Source: a virus
Taxonomy: Duplodnaviria; Heunggongvirae; Uroviricota; Caudoviricetes
Direction: 5' to 3' (one strand)
DNA: 64,000 nucleotides
IMG/VR virus record: IMGVR_UViG_3300031999_000011
Part shown: piece after piece, positions 55,767 to 64,000 of the stretch
Position numbering within the stretch: position 1 is the stretch's first letter
Layout of the letters: every line of letters starts with the position of its first letter
The notes under the pieces: model-generated
The model's input: the letters and a program-made list of their open reading frames with translations, nothing else
The model's database searches: none
What the model was told of the DNA's origin: nothing
Translations under genes and position numbers: made by a program

Positions 55767-56396
55767 ATGTCTACAACATTTAAACAATATTTAATAGAAG
55801 GTTTATCAACAAAAGAAATTTACGACGTTGTTGAAGAAATTGTTACTAATTGTAAACCGTATTTAAACGAAATTAAAGACCCACATAATTATATGTTATA
55901 TCGAGGAGTATCACAATTAGTTTCACCAACTGGTGATATTCATAACACTCATCGAGATAGAATACCCAGTGACACAAGTTCTTCATTTCACAAAGCATTA
56001 GATGAGTGGTTTGTTAATAAATTTAATATTAGATTTAGAAGTCATTATTCAATGTTTTGTACACCAAATATGCATCAAGCTGCGTCGTACGGAAATGTTT
56101 GTGTTATATATCCAATCGGTAAGATTAATTATATCTGGGCTCCTAAAATGCGTGACTTGTTTGCGTATATTGCACATAAAGAAAGAATAAATAATATATC
56201 ACAAAACACTACACCTGAAGAAGCATATAAACATATAAATAAATGGTTTAACGAAGATAATGTTGAATATTATTTTAATACACAGTTAACCTCAAATGCG
56301 AATAATGAAGTAATGATTCACGTACCTAGTTATTATGTTATACCATTACAAACACAGCAAACTATTGAATATGGTTTAGCGAAACGAATGAAATAA
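55767..56396 (+). CDS. paralog B of the two-member family; possible R-S-E type ADP-ribosyltransferase fold
   Basis: CKPYLNEIKDPHNYMLYRG ... NNEVMIHV; paralog of the minus-strand ORF 50309..50944. Confidence 0.45.
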   Translation: MSTTFKQYLIEGLSTKEIYDVVEEIVTNCKPYLNEIKDPHNYMLYRGVSQLVSPTGDIHNTHRDRIPSDTSSSFHKALDEWFVNKFNIRFRSHYSMFCTPNMHQAASYGNVCVIYPIGKINYIWAPKMRDLFAYIAHKERINNISQNTTPEEAYKHINKWFNEDNVEYYFNTQLTSNANNEVMIHVPSYYVIPLQTQQTIEYGLAKRMK

Positions 56397-57158
56397 TTAT
56401 CTCATTTTACTTGTCCATTTGGACATTGCTACCCCAACATCATCGACATTTCGGTAAATATGTGGAGATAAACTCTTACTACCGGTACTTTTAATTACAT
56501 TAAAATATTTATTTCCAGTTGGGTTCATAATTGGTGACATATAAAAATTATTAATTTGATTTGCAGCTTGAGTAAACTCAATATCATTTGAGTTAGTGTT
56601 GATAATAATAAAAGGGCCACCTCCTTGTATAGGTATTTTTTCACTTAGATATTGTATATTGTGGTCTTCTTGGTGAGACGCTCTTATAATGTAATCAGGA
56701 TCAACATGTCTTGGTCTTTTAGCCGCTCTTTCTATACTGGTTTCTAAATCCGTACGGATCCATAAAATACCAATATCATAACCCATTGAATATAAAATAT
56801 CTATCCTATTTAACATTGATTTGGGGTTTGTTGCAGTACCATCAATTAATAGTGGTAACATATTATGTACGTAATGAATTAATTGTTCCTTATTTAAGTC
56901 TTGAGCTTTTGTTAATATAGGTATAATTTCTCGTGGATTTGCGTTAGGTCCGACATCGATATTGTGTTTTATACTTAAGTATTCATAAAATTTATCAAAG
57001 TTAATAATTTTAGGATAAACTCTACAATGTAATAATAATCGTTTTGCGAGAGTGCTTTTTCCACTACCTGGTAATCCAGCTATAAATATAGCTTTAAATA
57101 TACCAGCATCATTAATACCTTCAATTAATATATTATTGTTAATTTCACTAATTTTCAT
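56397..57158 (-). CDS. P-loop kinase (AAA_33/zeta-toxin/polynucleotide-kinase-like)
   Basis: Walker A AGLPGSGKSTLAKRL; divergent from the Thg1-like gene. Confidence 0.6.
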   Translation of the reverse strand: MKISEINNNILIEGINDAGIFKAIFIAGLPGSGKSTLAKRLLLHCRVYPKIINFDKFYEYLSIKHNIDVGPNANPREIIPILTKAQDLNKEQLIHYVHNMLPLLIDGTATNPKSMLNRIDILYSMGYDIGILWIRTDLETSIERAAKRPRHVDPDYIIRASHQEDHNIQYLSEKIPIQGGGPFIIINTNSNDIEFTQAANQINNFYMSPIMNPTGNKYFNVIKSTGSKSLSPHIYRNVDDVGVAMSKWTSKMR

Positions 57159-57259
57159 TGATATTGCCTGTATATGTAGTTATATTATATTTATATTAGT
57201 TGATTTATGTCGGTAATTACGTTATAATGCACAGATCAACTATTAAAAGGATAACATAA

Positions 57260-57985
57260 ATGAGTATAAGAGATAATTTAGGAAATCGTATGAAAAAATA
57301 TGAAACTGTTCATACTAATTTTTTAATGCGTAGAACACCTGTAATAATTCGTATTGATGGTAAGGCTTTCCATACATGGACGAGAAATTGTGAGCAACCA
57401 TTTGATGAAATGTTACACGAATCAATGAAAGCTACTATGCGTTTTTTAGTTAATGAAATGCAAAATGCAGTTTATGGATATACTCAAAGTGATGAGATTT
57501 CAATTCTATTATGCGATTGGTTGACATTTACTACTGAACAATGGTTTGATGGTAATATTCAAAAAATTGCATCTGTATCAGCTAGCCTTGCAACAGGTAT
57601 ATTTAACGCAATTCCAAACAATCATACCTCGCAACTTGCGTTTTTTGATGCACGGGTTTTTAATGTACCTTTTGCTGATGTACATAATTATTTCTTGTGG
57701 AGACAACAAGACGCTACTCGAAATTCAATTCAAACATACGCACGTGCTTACTTTTCTCATAAAGAGTTACACAAAAAATCTTGCAATGAAATTCAACAAA
57801 TGTTGTTTGAACAACATGGTGTAAACTGGAATGATTTAGATGTTTGGAAAAAACGTGGTTCACATGTTTATCGAGTACCTGATGAAGTACAAGGTGGTAC
57901 TTGGATGTATCATACTGAAATGCCAATTATTAATAAAGACTTCGCCGCGTTTGGACCCATAAATACATATTTAAAAATGGAGTAA
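57260..57985 (+). CDS. tRNA-His guanylyltransferase (Thg1) / Thg1-like 3'-5' polymerase
   Basis: IIRIDGKAFHTWT (compare VVRLDGRNFHRF), YGYTQSDEISIL (AYGQSDEYSFV), YFLWRQQDATRNSI (YLSWRQADCHINNL). Confidence 0.85.
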   Translation: MSIRDNLGNRMKKYETVHTNFLMRRTPVIIRIDGKAFHTWTRNCEQPFDEMLHESMKATMRFLVNEMQNAVYGYTQSDEISILLCDWLTFTTEQWFDGNIQKIASVSASLATGIFNAIPNNHTSQLAFFDARVFNVPFADVHNYFLWRQQDATRNSIQTYARAYFSHKELHKKSCNEIQQMLFEQHGVNWNDLDVWKKRGSHVYRVPDEVQGGTWMYHTEMPIINKDFAAFGPINTYLKME

Positions 57986-57989
57986 TTAT

Positions 57990-58250
57990 ATGAAATTATT
58001 AGTATGTATAGTGTTTTTTGCACCAGTAATATTGTTAGGTTGTGCAACAAAAACAAGTGTAGAGCAACTTCAAGCACAAATTGACCCAATTAAATATGAT
58101 GTTCGAGAGTTACATAAAGCTACAACAAGTGCGAAGTATGCAGTTGAACGTGCTAATATGCGTGCTGATAAAGCTTATATCGCAAGTAAATTAGCATTAC
58201 AGATAAATCAAGAGCTTAATGAAAGGGTTACATCAGAGGTAAATAAATAA
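57990..58250 (+). CDS. Lpp (Braun lipoprotein)-like small coiled-coil lipoprotein; possible o-spanin or exclusion lipoprotein
   Basis: Lipobox VILLGCAT followed by ~60-aa heptad helix, as in Lpp. Confidence 0.5.
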   Translation: MKLLVCIVFFAPVILLGCATKTSVEQLQAQIDPIKYDVRELHKATTSAKYAVERANMRADKAYIASKLALQINQELNERVTSEVNK

Positions 58251-58255
58251 AGTTT

Positions 58256-58693
58256 ATGTTTAAATATATTGTATTAGCATTAGTATTTACAACAAATGTA
58301 TATGCAACTCATTATAATACTCTCACTGCGGCATATATTGAAGTAACAAAGAAGATGATGTCTAATATGATAACAAATGATAAGTGTGATATTACAGATC
58401 GGTTGGGTAATACAAATAATTTAGGAGATATTGTAGTTGTTGTAAATGTTATGTGTCAAGGTAAAAACAGTTTTACTCAATATTTAATGAATGTGTATGA
58501 TAACGTGAATGGTAATAGTGTAATTACTGAACCTATAATTGTTGGTGATGAATATGATTTTAAAGTTGAGTTAGTTATAGTTACCGATAACGGTATTATA
58601 TTACGCGGTAAACAATGGTTAAAAACAGATGCACATTACGATTCATCATTAACAGATCACAAATATATATTATACAATCATCAATTAAAATAA
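58256..58693 (+). CDS. secreted hypothetical protein
   Basis: Signal peptide MFKYIVLALVFTTNVYA. Confidence 0.45.
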   Translation: MFKYIVLALVFTTNVYATHYNTLTAAYIEVTKKMMSNMITNDKCDITDRLGNTNNLGDIVVVVNVMCQGKNSFTQYLMNVYDNVNGNSVITEPIIVGDEYDFKVELVIVTDNGIILRGKQWLKTDAHYDSSLTDHKYILYNHQLK

Positions 58694-58702
58694 AGGACTA
58701 AA

Positions 58703-59176
58703 GTGAATATTATTAAAAAAAATACAAATATTATTATATTATTCGGAATATTTGTTGTTACTATAGCAACAGCACTTACAAACACCGAATCAACTTGTCC
58801 TGTACCTAGTACACCGGGTAATTTATCTTGCACTGTTACGAAAATAATAGATGGAGATACAGTGCACGCTCAATGCGGTGGAATTGATACCAAAATTAGG
58901 TTAACTGTTATTGATTCTTATGAGTCAAAGAAAAATACTCGAGCATTTAAACAAGCATATGAACAAAAAATAACAGTTGAAGAAGTCGTTATACGTGGAA
59001 AGCAAGCTACTGAATATACTAAACAAGAATTAGCAGATAAGCAAATTTTAGTTGTACCACCTGCTAAATCACAAATTGATAGATATGGTAGAACATTAGG
59101 CACAATATATTTTAATTGTGTTGATATAAATCAAAAATTACTTACAGAGCACCCAGATGTGTTTTTAAGATATTAA
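58703..59176 (+). CDS. membrane-anchored thermonuclease (staphylococcal nuclease, SNase) -like protein
   Basis: IIDGDTVHA...IRLTVIDSYE (V.DGDT...R..GIDaPE) and IDRYGRTLGTIYFNCVDINQKLLTEHPD (DrYGR.La.vy..g.dvN..LV..G.A). Confidence 0.5.
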   Translation: MNIIKKNTNIIILFGIFVVTIATALTNTESTCPVPSTPGNLSCTVTKIIDGDTVHAQCGGIDTKIRLTVIDSYESKKNTRAFKQAYEQKITVEEVVIRGKQATEYTKQELADKQILVVPPAKSQIDRYGRTLGTIYFNCVDINQKLLTEHPDVFLRY

Positions 59177-59260
59177 ATAGTCGATAATAATTTTATTTAA
59201 GTATATAATAAAGAGCACTTAAAAAGTGTTTTTATTTTTAATTTTTTTCAGGGAAGAAAA

Positions 59261-60037
59261 ATGCTAATTACACATGAAGTACCGTTTAGTTTGTTAGAAA
59301 TGTCTAGAGAATTCAATGATATAGATTATGTTCTCGTGCATTTACTGGAAGATTACCCAAATTACTACAAGTTTTTTGAAAAATCATTAGCAATGGGGCG
59401 TACAGTAATTTTAGACAACAGTATTTTTGAGCTCGAAGAGGTCTTTGATGCTGACAGGTTTGCGTATTGGGTTGAAAGATTAAAACCAACTGAATATATT
59501 ATTCCAGATGTACTTGATAATAGTACAGCGACTATTGAGTCATGTATGAATTGGATAACTGAGTATAGTCATTTACCTGGTAAGACAATTGGTGTTATTC
59601 AAGGTGCAACCGTTGAAGATGCGATTGAATGTTATTCAACAATATCTTTGTTAGTTGATAAAGTTGCGATTAGTTTTAATTGTAAATTTTATGAGTACTT
59701 ATATCCCCATACAAATAAATTATTTTCATGGATGCACGGTAGGCAAATGTTTATTGATTTATTAATAGATGAAGGTATAATTAACATATCACAACCGTTT
59801 CATTTATTAGGAATAGCTCTTCCTCAGGAAATACAACATTATAAGAGTGGATATGATTTTATTGAAAGTATTGATACCAGCAACCCAATAGTGCACGCAA
59901 TCAATAATATTTCATATAAATCATATGGGTTAGATAGTAAAGTAAGTGAAAAAATGATAAATTATTTGCATTATACTGAAATTGATCACAATATTTTAAA
60001 TCATAATATAAAAAAATTTAGGAGCTTTATAAAATGA
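59261..60037 (+). CDS. hypothetical protein; candidate DpdA/TGT-like transglycosylase
   Basis: RTVILDNSIFEL resembles the TGT catalytic-Asp motif ILTDSGGFQV; IDTSNPIVH resembles the second catalytic-Asp motif FDCVLPTR; inference from motifs and neighbourhood only. Confidence 0.5.
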   Translation: MLITHEVPFSLLEMSREFNDIDYVLVHLLEDYPNYYKFFEKSLAMGRTVILDNSIFELEEVFDADRFAYWVERLKPTEYIIPDVLDNSTATIESCMNWITEYSHLPGKTIGVIQGATVEDAIECYSTISLLVDKVAISFNCKFYEYLYPHTNKLFSWMHGRQMFIDLLIDEGIINISQPFHLLGIALPQEIQHYKSGYDFIESIDTSNPIVHAINNISYKSYGLDSKVSEKMINYLHYTEIDHNILNHNIKKFRSFIK

Positions 60038-60561
60038 AATGGCTAGCACTATTTAGTCAAACCGGTAGTGAACTTAAAAATATTATTGAGCAGACTGGAC
60101 GTAAACCTAATATGGTTTTAACAAACAGATTAGGTTCATCTGAAATTGATGGAGTGGTACCGATAACATATACTCCTAAAACACCTACTTCAATTGTATA
60201 CAATTTTTATTTTAATCATTATGATATTATCACATTACATGGTTATTTGAGAATAATATCACCTGATGCTTGTGATCATTTAATTTATAATGGACATCCT
60301 GCTGCTATTCATTTATATCCTGAATTGAAAGGTAAAGATAAACAAGAAGATGCATTTATTTACAAAGACAAATATCCAAGAATGGGAGTTGTTATTCATC
60401 GAGTAACACCTGAATTGGATGCTGGTGAAATTATAATGTGTCATGATGTAATTAATGATACAACAAGTATTGAAGATGCATATCAAAAATTAGCTAATTT
60501 ATCTGTTAGGCAATGGGTTATATTCGTAAAGAATAGACCAAATATGGGAGAACTCGTATGA
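60034..60561 (+). CDS. PurN-type (GAR-transformylase family) formyltransferase
   Basis: LALFSQTGSELKNIIE (VVLISGNGSNLQAIID), GYLRIISP...NGHPAAIHLYPELKG (GFMRILSP...NIHPSLLPKYPG; catalytic N and H conserved), IHRVTPELDAGEII (VHFVTDELDGGPVI; catalytic D conserved). Confidence 0.85.
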   Translation: MKWLALFSQTGSELKNIIEQTGRKPNMVLTNRLGSSEIDGVVPITYTPKTPTSIVYNFYFNHYDIITLHGYLRIISPDACDHLIYNGHPAAIHLYPELKGKDKQEDAFIYKDKYPRMGVVIHRVTPELDAGEIIMCHDVINDTTSIEDAYQKLANLSVRQWVIFVKNRPNMGELV

Positions 60562-61085
60562 AACTGGCACTTTGTGGGGTACACGGATCCGGAAAAACAA
60601 CATTATTAAATACGATACAAGAATTGAATCTGTTACCCGGTTATTATTATTCTACTAATTTAACTCGTAGATTAAGGGATCAGGGATATCTTATTAGTGA
60701 TAAGGGTGATGATGCGACACAAAATGCAATAATGAGTGTTCATAGAGCTAATATGGCATATACTGATATAATTATGGATAGATCTGCTTTAGATTGCTAT
60801 GTATATACTGAATACTTATATCGACAGGATAAGGTAAGTGGACTAACTAGTCAAAAGCTTTTTTCGCAAGCGATGGATTGTGTTAACAGGTATAATATTA
60901 TGTTTTACATTAAGCCAGAATTTGAATTAGAAGATGATGGTGTGCGACCTATTGATCAAAAATTTCAAAATGATATTGTGGAAACTTTTGATCGTATAAT
61001 AACTTTGTGTAGGTTACGAGTTACGTTATTGACAGGAACCGTTGATCAAAGAATTGAACAATTTAAACAAACATTAGGGATATAA
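60558..61085 (+). CDS. P-loop NTPase / (d)NMP-kinase-like protein
   Basis: MKLALCGVHGSGKTTLL Walker A at the extreme N-terminus, like phage dNMP kinases; start overlaps the upstream stop. Confidence 0.6.
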   Translation: MKLALCGVHGSGKTTLLNTIQELNLLPGYYYSTNLTRRLRDQGYLISDKGDDATQNAIMSVHRANMAYTDIIMDRSALDCYVYTEYLYRQDKVSGLTSQKLFSQAMDCVNRYNIMFYIKPEFELEDDGVRPIDQKFQNDIVETFDRIITLCRLRVTLLTGTVDQRIEQFKQTLGI

Positions 61086-61086
61086 T

Positions 61087-61989
61087 ATGTCAGATATTAA
61101 TAAACATTTAGGGCAAGTTTCGCAATATAGTTCAACATATTCACCAGATATTTTAGTACGTGAGAGTCGGTTGTTGAATCGGGAGGCACACTATGTAGAT
61201 TCAGATTCGTTTGTTGGTTATGATGTGTGGAATTTATATGAAGTTTCAGCATTAACTGATAATGGACTACCAGTTGTAGGGTTCGGTAAACTAATATACT
61301 CTGCTTCTAGTAAGTATATTGTTGAATCAAAATCTTTGAAATTGTACTTTTTTAGTTACAATATGGAGAAACTGTGGAGAAATACTGATGATGTTATTGA
61401 TACGATGGAACGACAAGTAGTTATTGATTTGTCATCATTACTTGAAACACCTGTTCAATTTAAGTTCTTTCACGCAAATGATAATCATATACCATATGCT
61501 CCATTTCAACTAACAGAAGATAGCAAAATACCATGTAAATTTAAAAATATTGATAATATTGATGGTGTTGAAGATATTAAATTTGTCGATTTTAAAGAAA
61601 ATAAAGATTTGTTAAAAGTTGAATATAATGATAAATTATGTTATAATGCTATAACATCTTGTTTTTTAAGATCGAATTGTCGCATAACTCATCAACCAGA
61701 TTGGGGGGACATTTATGTTTATTATAGAGGTGATTATCAATTAGATGAATTATCTTTTATTAAGTACATTGTTAGTTTTAGAAATGAATTCCACTTTCAT
61801 GAAGAGGTTTGTGAAATGATATATGCTGTATTATATAACATACTACAACCTAAAGAATTACTCGTAGGTTGTTTGTATACTCGGCGAGGGGGTTTAGATA
61901 TAAATCCTATACGAGCAACTCATACTTTTTTATTAGATTCTGGATTAATTGATATTAACACTGTTGTACAAAAAACAACAAGACAATAA
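61087..61989 (+). CDS. queF: NADPH-dependent 7-cyano-7-deazaguanine (preQ0) reductase, bimodular YqcD-type QueF
   Basis: Colinear with E. coli QueF: GYDVWNLYEVS, VESKSLKLYFFSY (E(S/L)K(S/A)LK(L/Y)(Y/F) QueF motif), SNCRITHQPDWGDIYVYYRG (catalytic Cys in NC.ITHQPDW), YIVSFRNEFHFHEEVCE, YTRRGGLDINP. Confidence 0.9.
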   Translation: MSDINKHLGQVSQYSSTYSPDILVRESRLLNREAHYVDSDSFVGYDVWNLYEVSALTDNGLPVVGFGKLIYSASSKYIVESKSLKLYFFSYNMEKLWRNTDDVIDTMERQVVIDLSSLLETPVQFKFFHANDNHIPYAPFQLTEDSKIPCKFKNIDNIDGVEDIKFVDFKENKDLLKVEYNDKLCYNAITSCFLRSNCRITHQPDWGDIYVYYRGDYQLDELSFIKYIVSFRNEFHFHEEVCEMIYAVLYNILQPKELLVGCLYTRRGGLDINPIRATHTFLLDSGLIDINTVVQKTTRQ

Positions 61990-61992
61990 TAT

Positions 61993-63543
61993 ATGGTATT
62001 AAAATATACAACTGAAAAGTTTATTGATAGGGCGATAATAGTACATGAAAACAAATATGTTTATACTAAATCAATATATCTAGGAGCAACAACCAAATTA
62101 ATTATTATATGCCCTATACATGGTGAATTTCCAAAAACACCAGATGGGCACATAAATGCAAAAAGTGGATGTCCACAGTGTGGTTATTTAAAATCAAAAC
62201 AAACAAATTTAGCACGATATGGAGTTGAATATCCGTTACAATCTAAAGAAATACATAATAAGACAAAACAATCATGTTTGATTAATAATGGAGTTGAATA
62301 TCCCTTACAATCTAAAAAATGTAGAGACAAAGCAAAAACCACAAGAGTTGAATTGTATGGAAATGAAAATTATTTAAATAGTGATGTTGGTGTTGAACAA
62401 CGTGCTAATATTATGCAAGAAAAGTATGGAACAGTACACGCACTACAAATAGTAGAATTTAAGGATAAATTAATACGAACAAATAAAAACAAGTATGGTA
62501 GAGAATACTCTCATCAACAACATATATCATATGAAGATGATAAAAAGTTAAATGATAAGGATTGGTTATATGAACAACATTATAATAAAAAATTAAACTT
62601 AACAGAAATATCTAACATATTAGGAGTATCAACTGGTACAATTGGTCGACATTTTCGAATATTAGGAATTGAAGTTCTTAATTTATCTCATTCACTTGGC
62701 GAAAAAGAGGTATTACAGTATATTCAAACATTAAATGATAATATAACTAGTAATAGTCGTAGTGTTATATCTCCACTTGAACTTGATATATATTTACCTG
62801 ATTACAACTTAGCTATTGAATATAACGGTACTTTTTGGCATTCTGAATTATGTGGAATTGATAAAAATTATCACATAAATAAAACAATTCAGTGTAATAA
62901 TAAAAATATTAGATTAATTCATATATTTGATACTGAATGGGAATTAAAACAAGAAATTGTTAAATCAAGATTATCATCTTTACTTGGTAACAATAACATA
63001 ATATATGCAAGAAAATGTATTATAGTTAAATTAACAAGTAAACAAAGTAGTGTATTTTTTAATGAAACACATATTCAAGGAAATGCGGGGAGTTCAATAT
63101 GCTACGGGTTAGAATATAATAATGAACTTGTTGTTGTAATGTCTTTTGGTAAAAGTCGGTTTAATAAAGATATAGAATATGAATTAGTTAGATTTGCTAA
63201 TAAATTATACACCAACGTAATTGGAGGTGCTAGCAGATTATTTAAATATTTTATTAAAACTCATCAACCAGCATCAATTATTAGTTATTCTGATAAACGA
63301 TGGAATACCGGCAATGTGTATTTACAATTAGGATTTAAATATTTACATACTTCTACTCCAAATTATTTTTATTTTCATAATACAAATAGCTACACACTAT
63401 TATCCAGACAACAGTTTCAAAAACACAAATTAAAAGATAAACTCGAAATTTTTGATCCTGTATTGACAGAGTGGGAAAATATGCAAAATAATGGATATAA
63501 TCGAATATGGGATTGTGGGAATGATGTATACATATATAAATAA
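61993..63543 (+). mobile_element. homing-endonuclease-like gene: N-terminal zinc-ribbon DNA-binding module, 3x GVEYPLQSK repeats, PD-(D/E)xK (Tlr8p/PBCV-type, IEYNGxxWH) nuclease core, C-terminal extension
   Basis: FIDRAIIVHENKYVYTK...CPIHGEF...GCPQCG; LPDYNLAIEYNGTFWHSE; free-standing, inserted directly after the queF stop. Confidence 0.55.
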
Positions 63544-63806
63544 GTCTTAATCGTATATAGGTATATTATAGTGGTAATATGTGTTTGCTACAATTTAAAC
63601 GAAGACAAAATAAACAAAGCATTAGAGAAAGGTATTGTACCTGCTAAAATGTATGATCATTTTGAATGTGATGCTCCTTGTGAGGTATGCATGGAAATGA
63701 TCGAAGAGCTTTTTGTGGAGAATGAACAAAAATAATCTTGATTTATCTCTTCATAGTAATTATAATTATACTTTATAAAATAGAAATTTAAACGGAGAGG
63801 TAGGTT

Positions 63807-64000
63807 ATGTCAACATTAAATATTAAAAACAATGCAGTATCTGTTGGCTTGAAAAAAGCAAACCATGAAGGTAGTGTACAACATGTTAAATCACCTGAAC
63901 AACAATTACTTGAAATAACAGTAATGACACTATGGGGTAAAGATTCATTTTATGAAGCCAATGATACTCGATTGATTCGTATTCGAGCACTAGTCAACAC
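63807..64000 (+). CDS. hypothetical protein (5' partial, runs off the window)
   Basis: SD GGAGAGG upstream; ORF open to the window edge. Confidence 0.4.
   Translation, partial: MSTLNIKNNAVSVGLKKANHEGSVQHVKSPEQQLLEITVMTLWGKDSFYEANDTRLIRIRALVN

Noticed and set aside
59261-60037. ORF 59261 as thymidylate synthase or ThyX, or a radical-SAM enzyme
   Set aside because: There is no CxxxCxxC cluster, no ThyX RHRx7S motif and no ThyA Cys-Pro-His signature. The weak TGT/DpdA-like motifs and the gene neighbourhood fit better, though this remains unconfirmed.
61993-63543. Group I intron harbouring the endonuclease
   Set aside because: The endonuclease ORF lies between complete genes, so queF ends normally just upstream. 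It is not inside a split gene, and no intron-like structured flanks are evident. It is treated as a free-standing homing-endonuclease-like gene.
1-64000. Eukaryotic giant-virus origin (AT-rich, sirtuin, Thg1, PTH2, sterol-desaturase-like, tRNA cluster)
   Set aside because: The bacterial SD sequences, sigma-70-family factor, DksA/TraR, LxGC lipobox lipoproteins, Lpp-like protein and M15 endolysin with PG-binding repeats point to a bacteriophage of a Gram-negative host. There are no introns or eukaryotic promoter features.

Overview
This looks like an AT-rich (roughly 70% A+T by eye), densely coding stretch of a large jumbo-phage-type genome from a Gram-negative host. Evidence for a phage of a Gram-negative host: nearly all genes on the + strand with short gaps and start/stop overlaps; bacterial-type Shine-Dalgarno sites (AAGGAG/TAGGAGG); a sigma-70-family sigma factor; a DksA/TraR zinc finger; an M15 peptidase endolysin with peptidoglycan-binding repeats; many LxGC-lipobox lipoproteins, one of them Lpp-like. 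The window has 8 tRNA genes, 7 in a cluster at 18.6-20.0 kb, one degenerate tRNA-like remnant, and a tRNA-maintenance toolkit (CCA-adding enzyme, Thg1-like 3'-5' polymerase, PTH2 peptidyl-tRNA hydrolase, P-loop polynucleotide-kinase-like proteins). Other notable content: an NAD/ADP-ribose-themed gene set (Sir2, NADAR, split PRTase, two tandem LOG/SLOG-like paralogs, two paralogous possible ADP-ribosyltransferases); a clear 7-deazaguanine module (bimodular QueF, PurN-type formyltransferase, P-loop kinase, TGT/DpdA-like candidate) followed by a homing-endonuclease-like gene; a PqqA-like 24-aa peptide gene; host-like metabolic genes (PanD, second PurN-like formyltransferase, fatty-acid-hydroxylase fused to a DUF2934-like motif, cupin); envelope/stress proteins (SPFH/band-7, vWA, PspA-like with atypically GC-rich composition, TAXI-like binding protein); and several families of tandem paralogs, including Gly/Tyr-rich secreted repeat proteins and OsmB-like glycine-zipper lipoproteins. 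No CRISPR array, rRNA or integrase/transposase was seen. All calls rest on motifs read directly in the six-frame translations; no searches were run.
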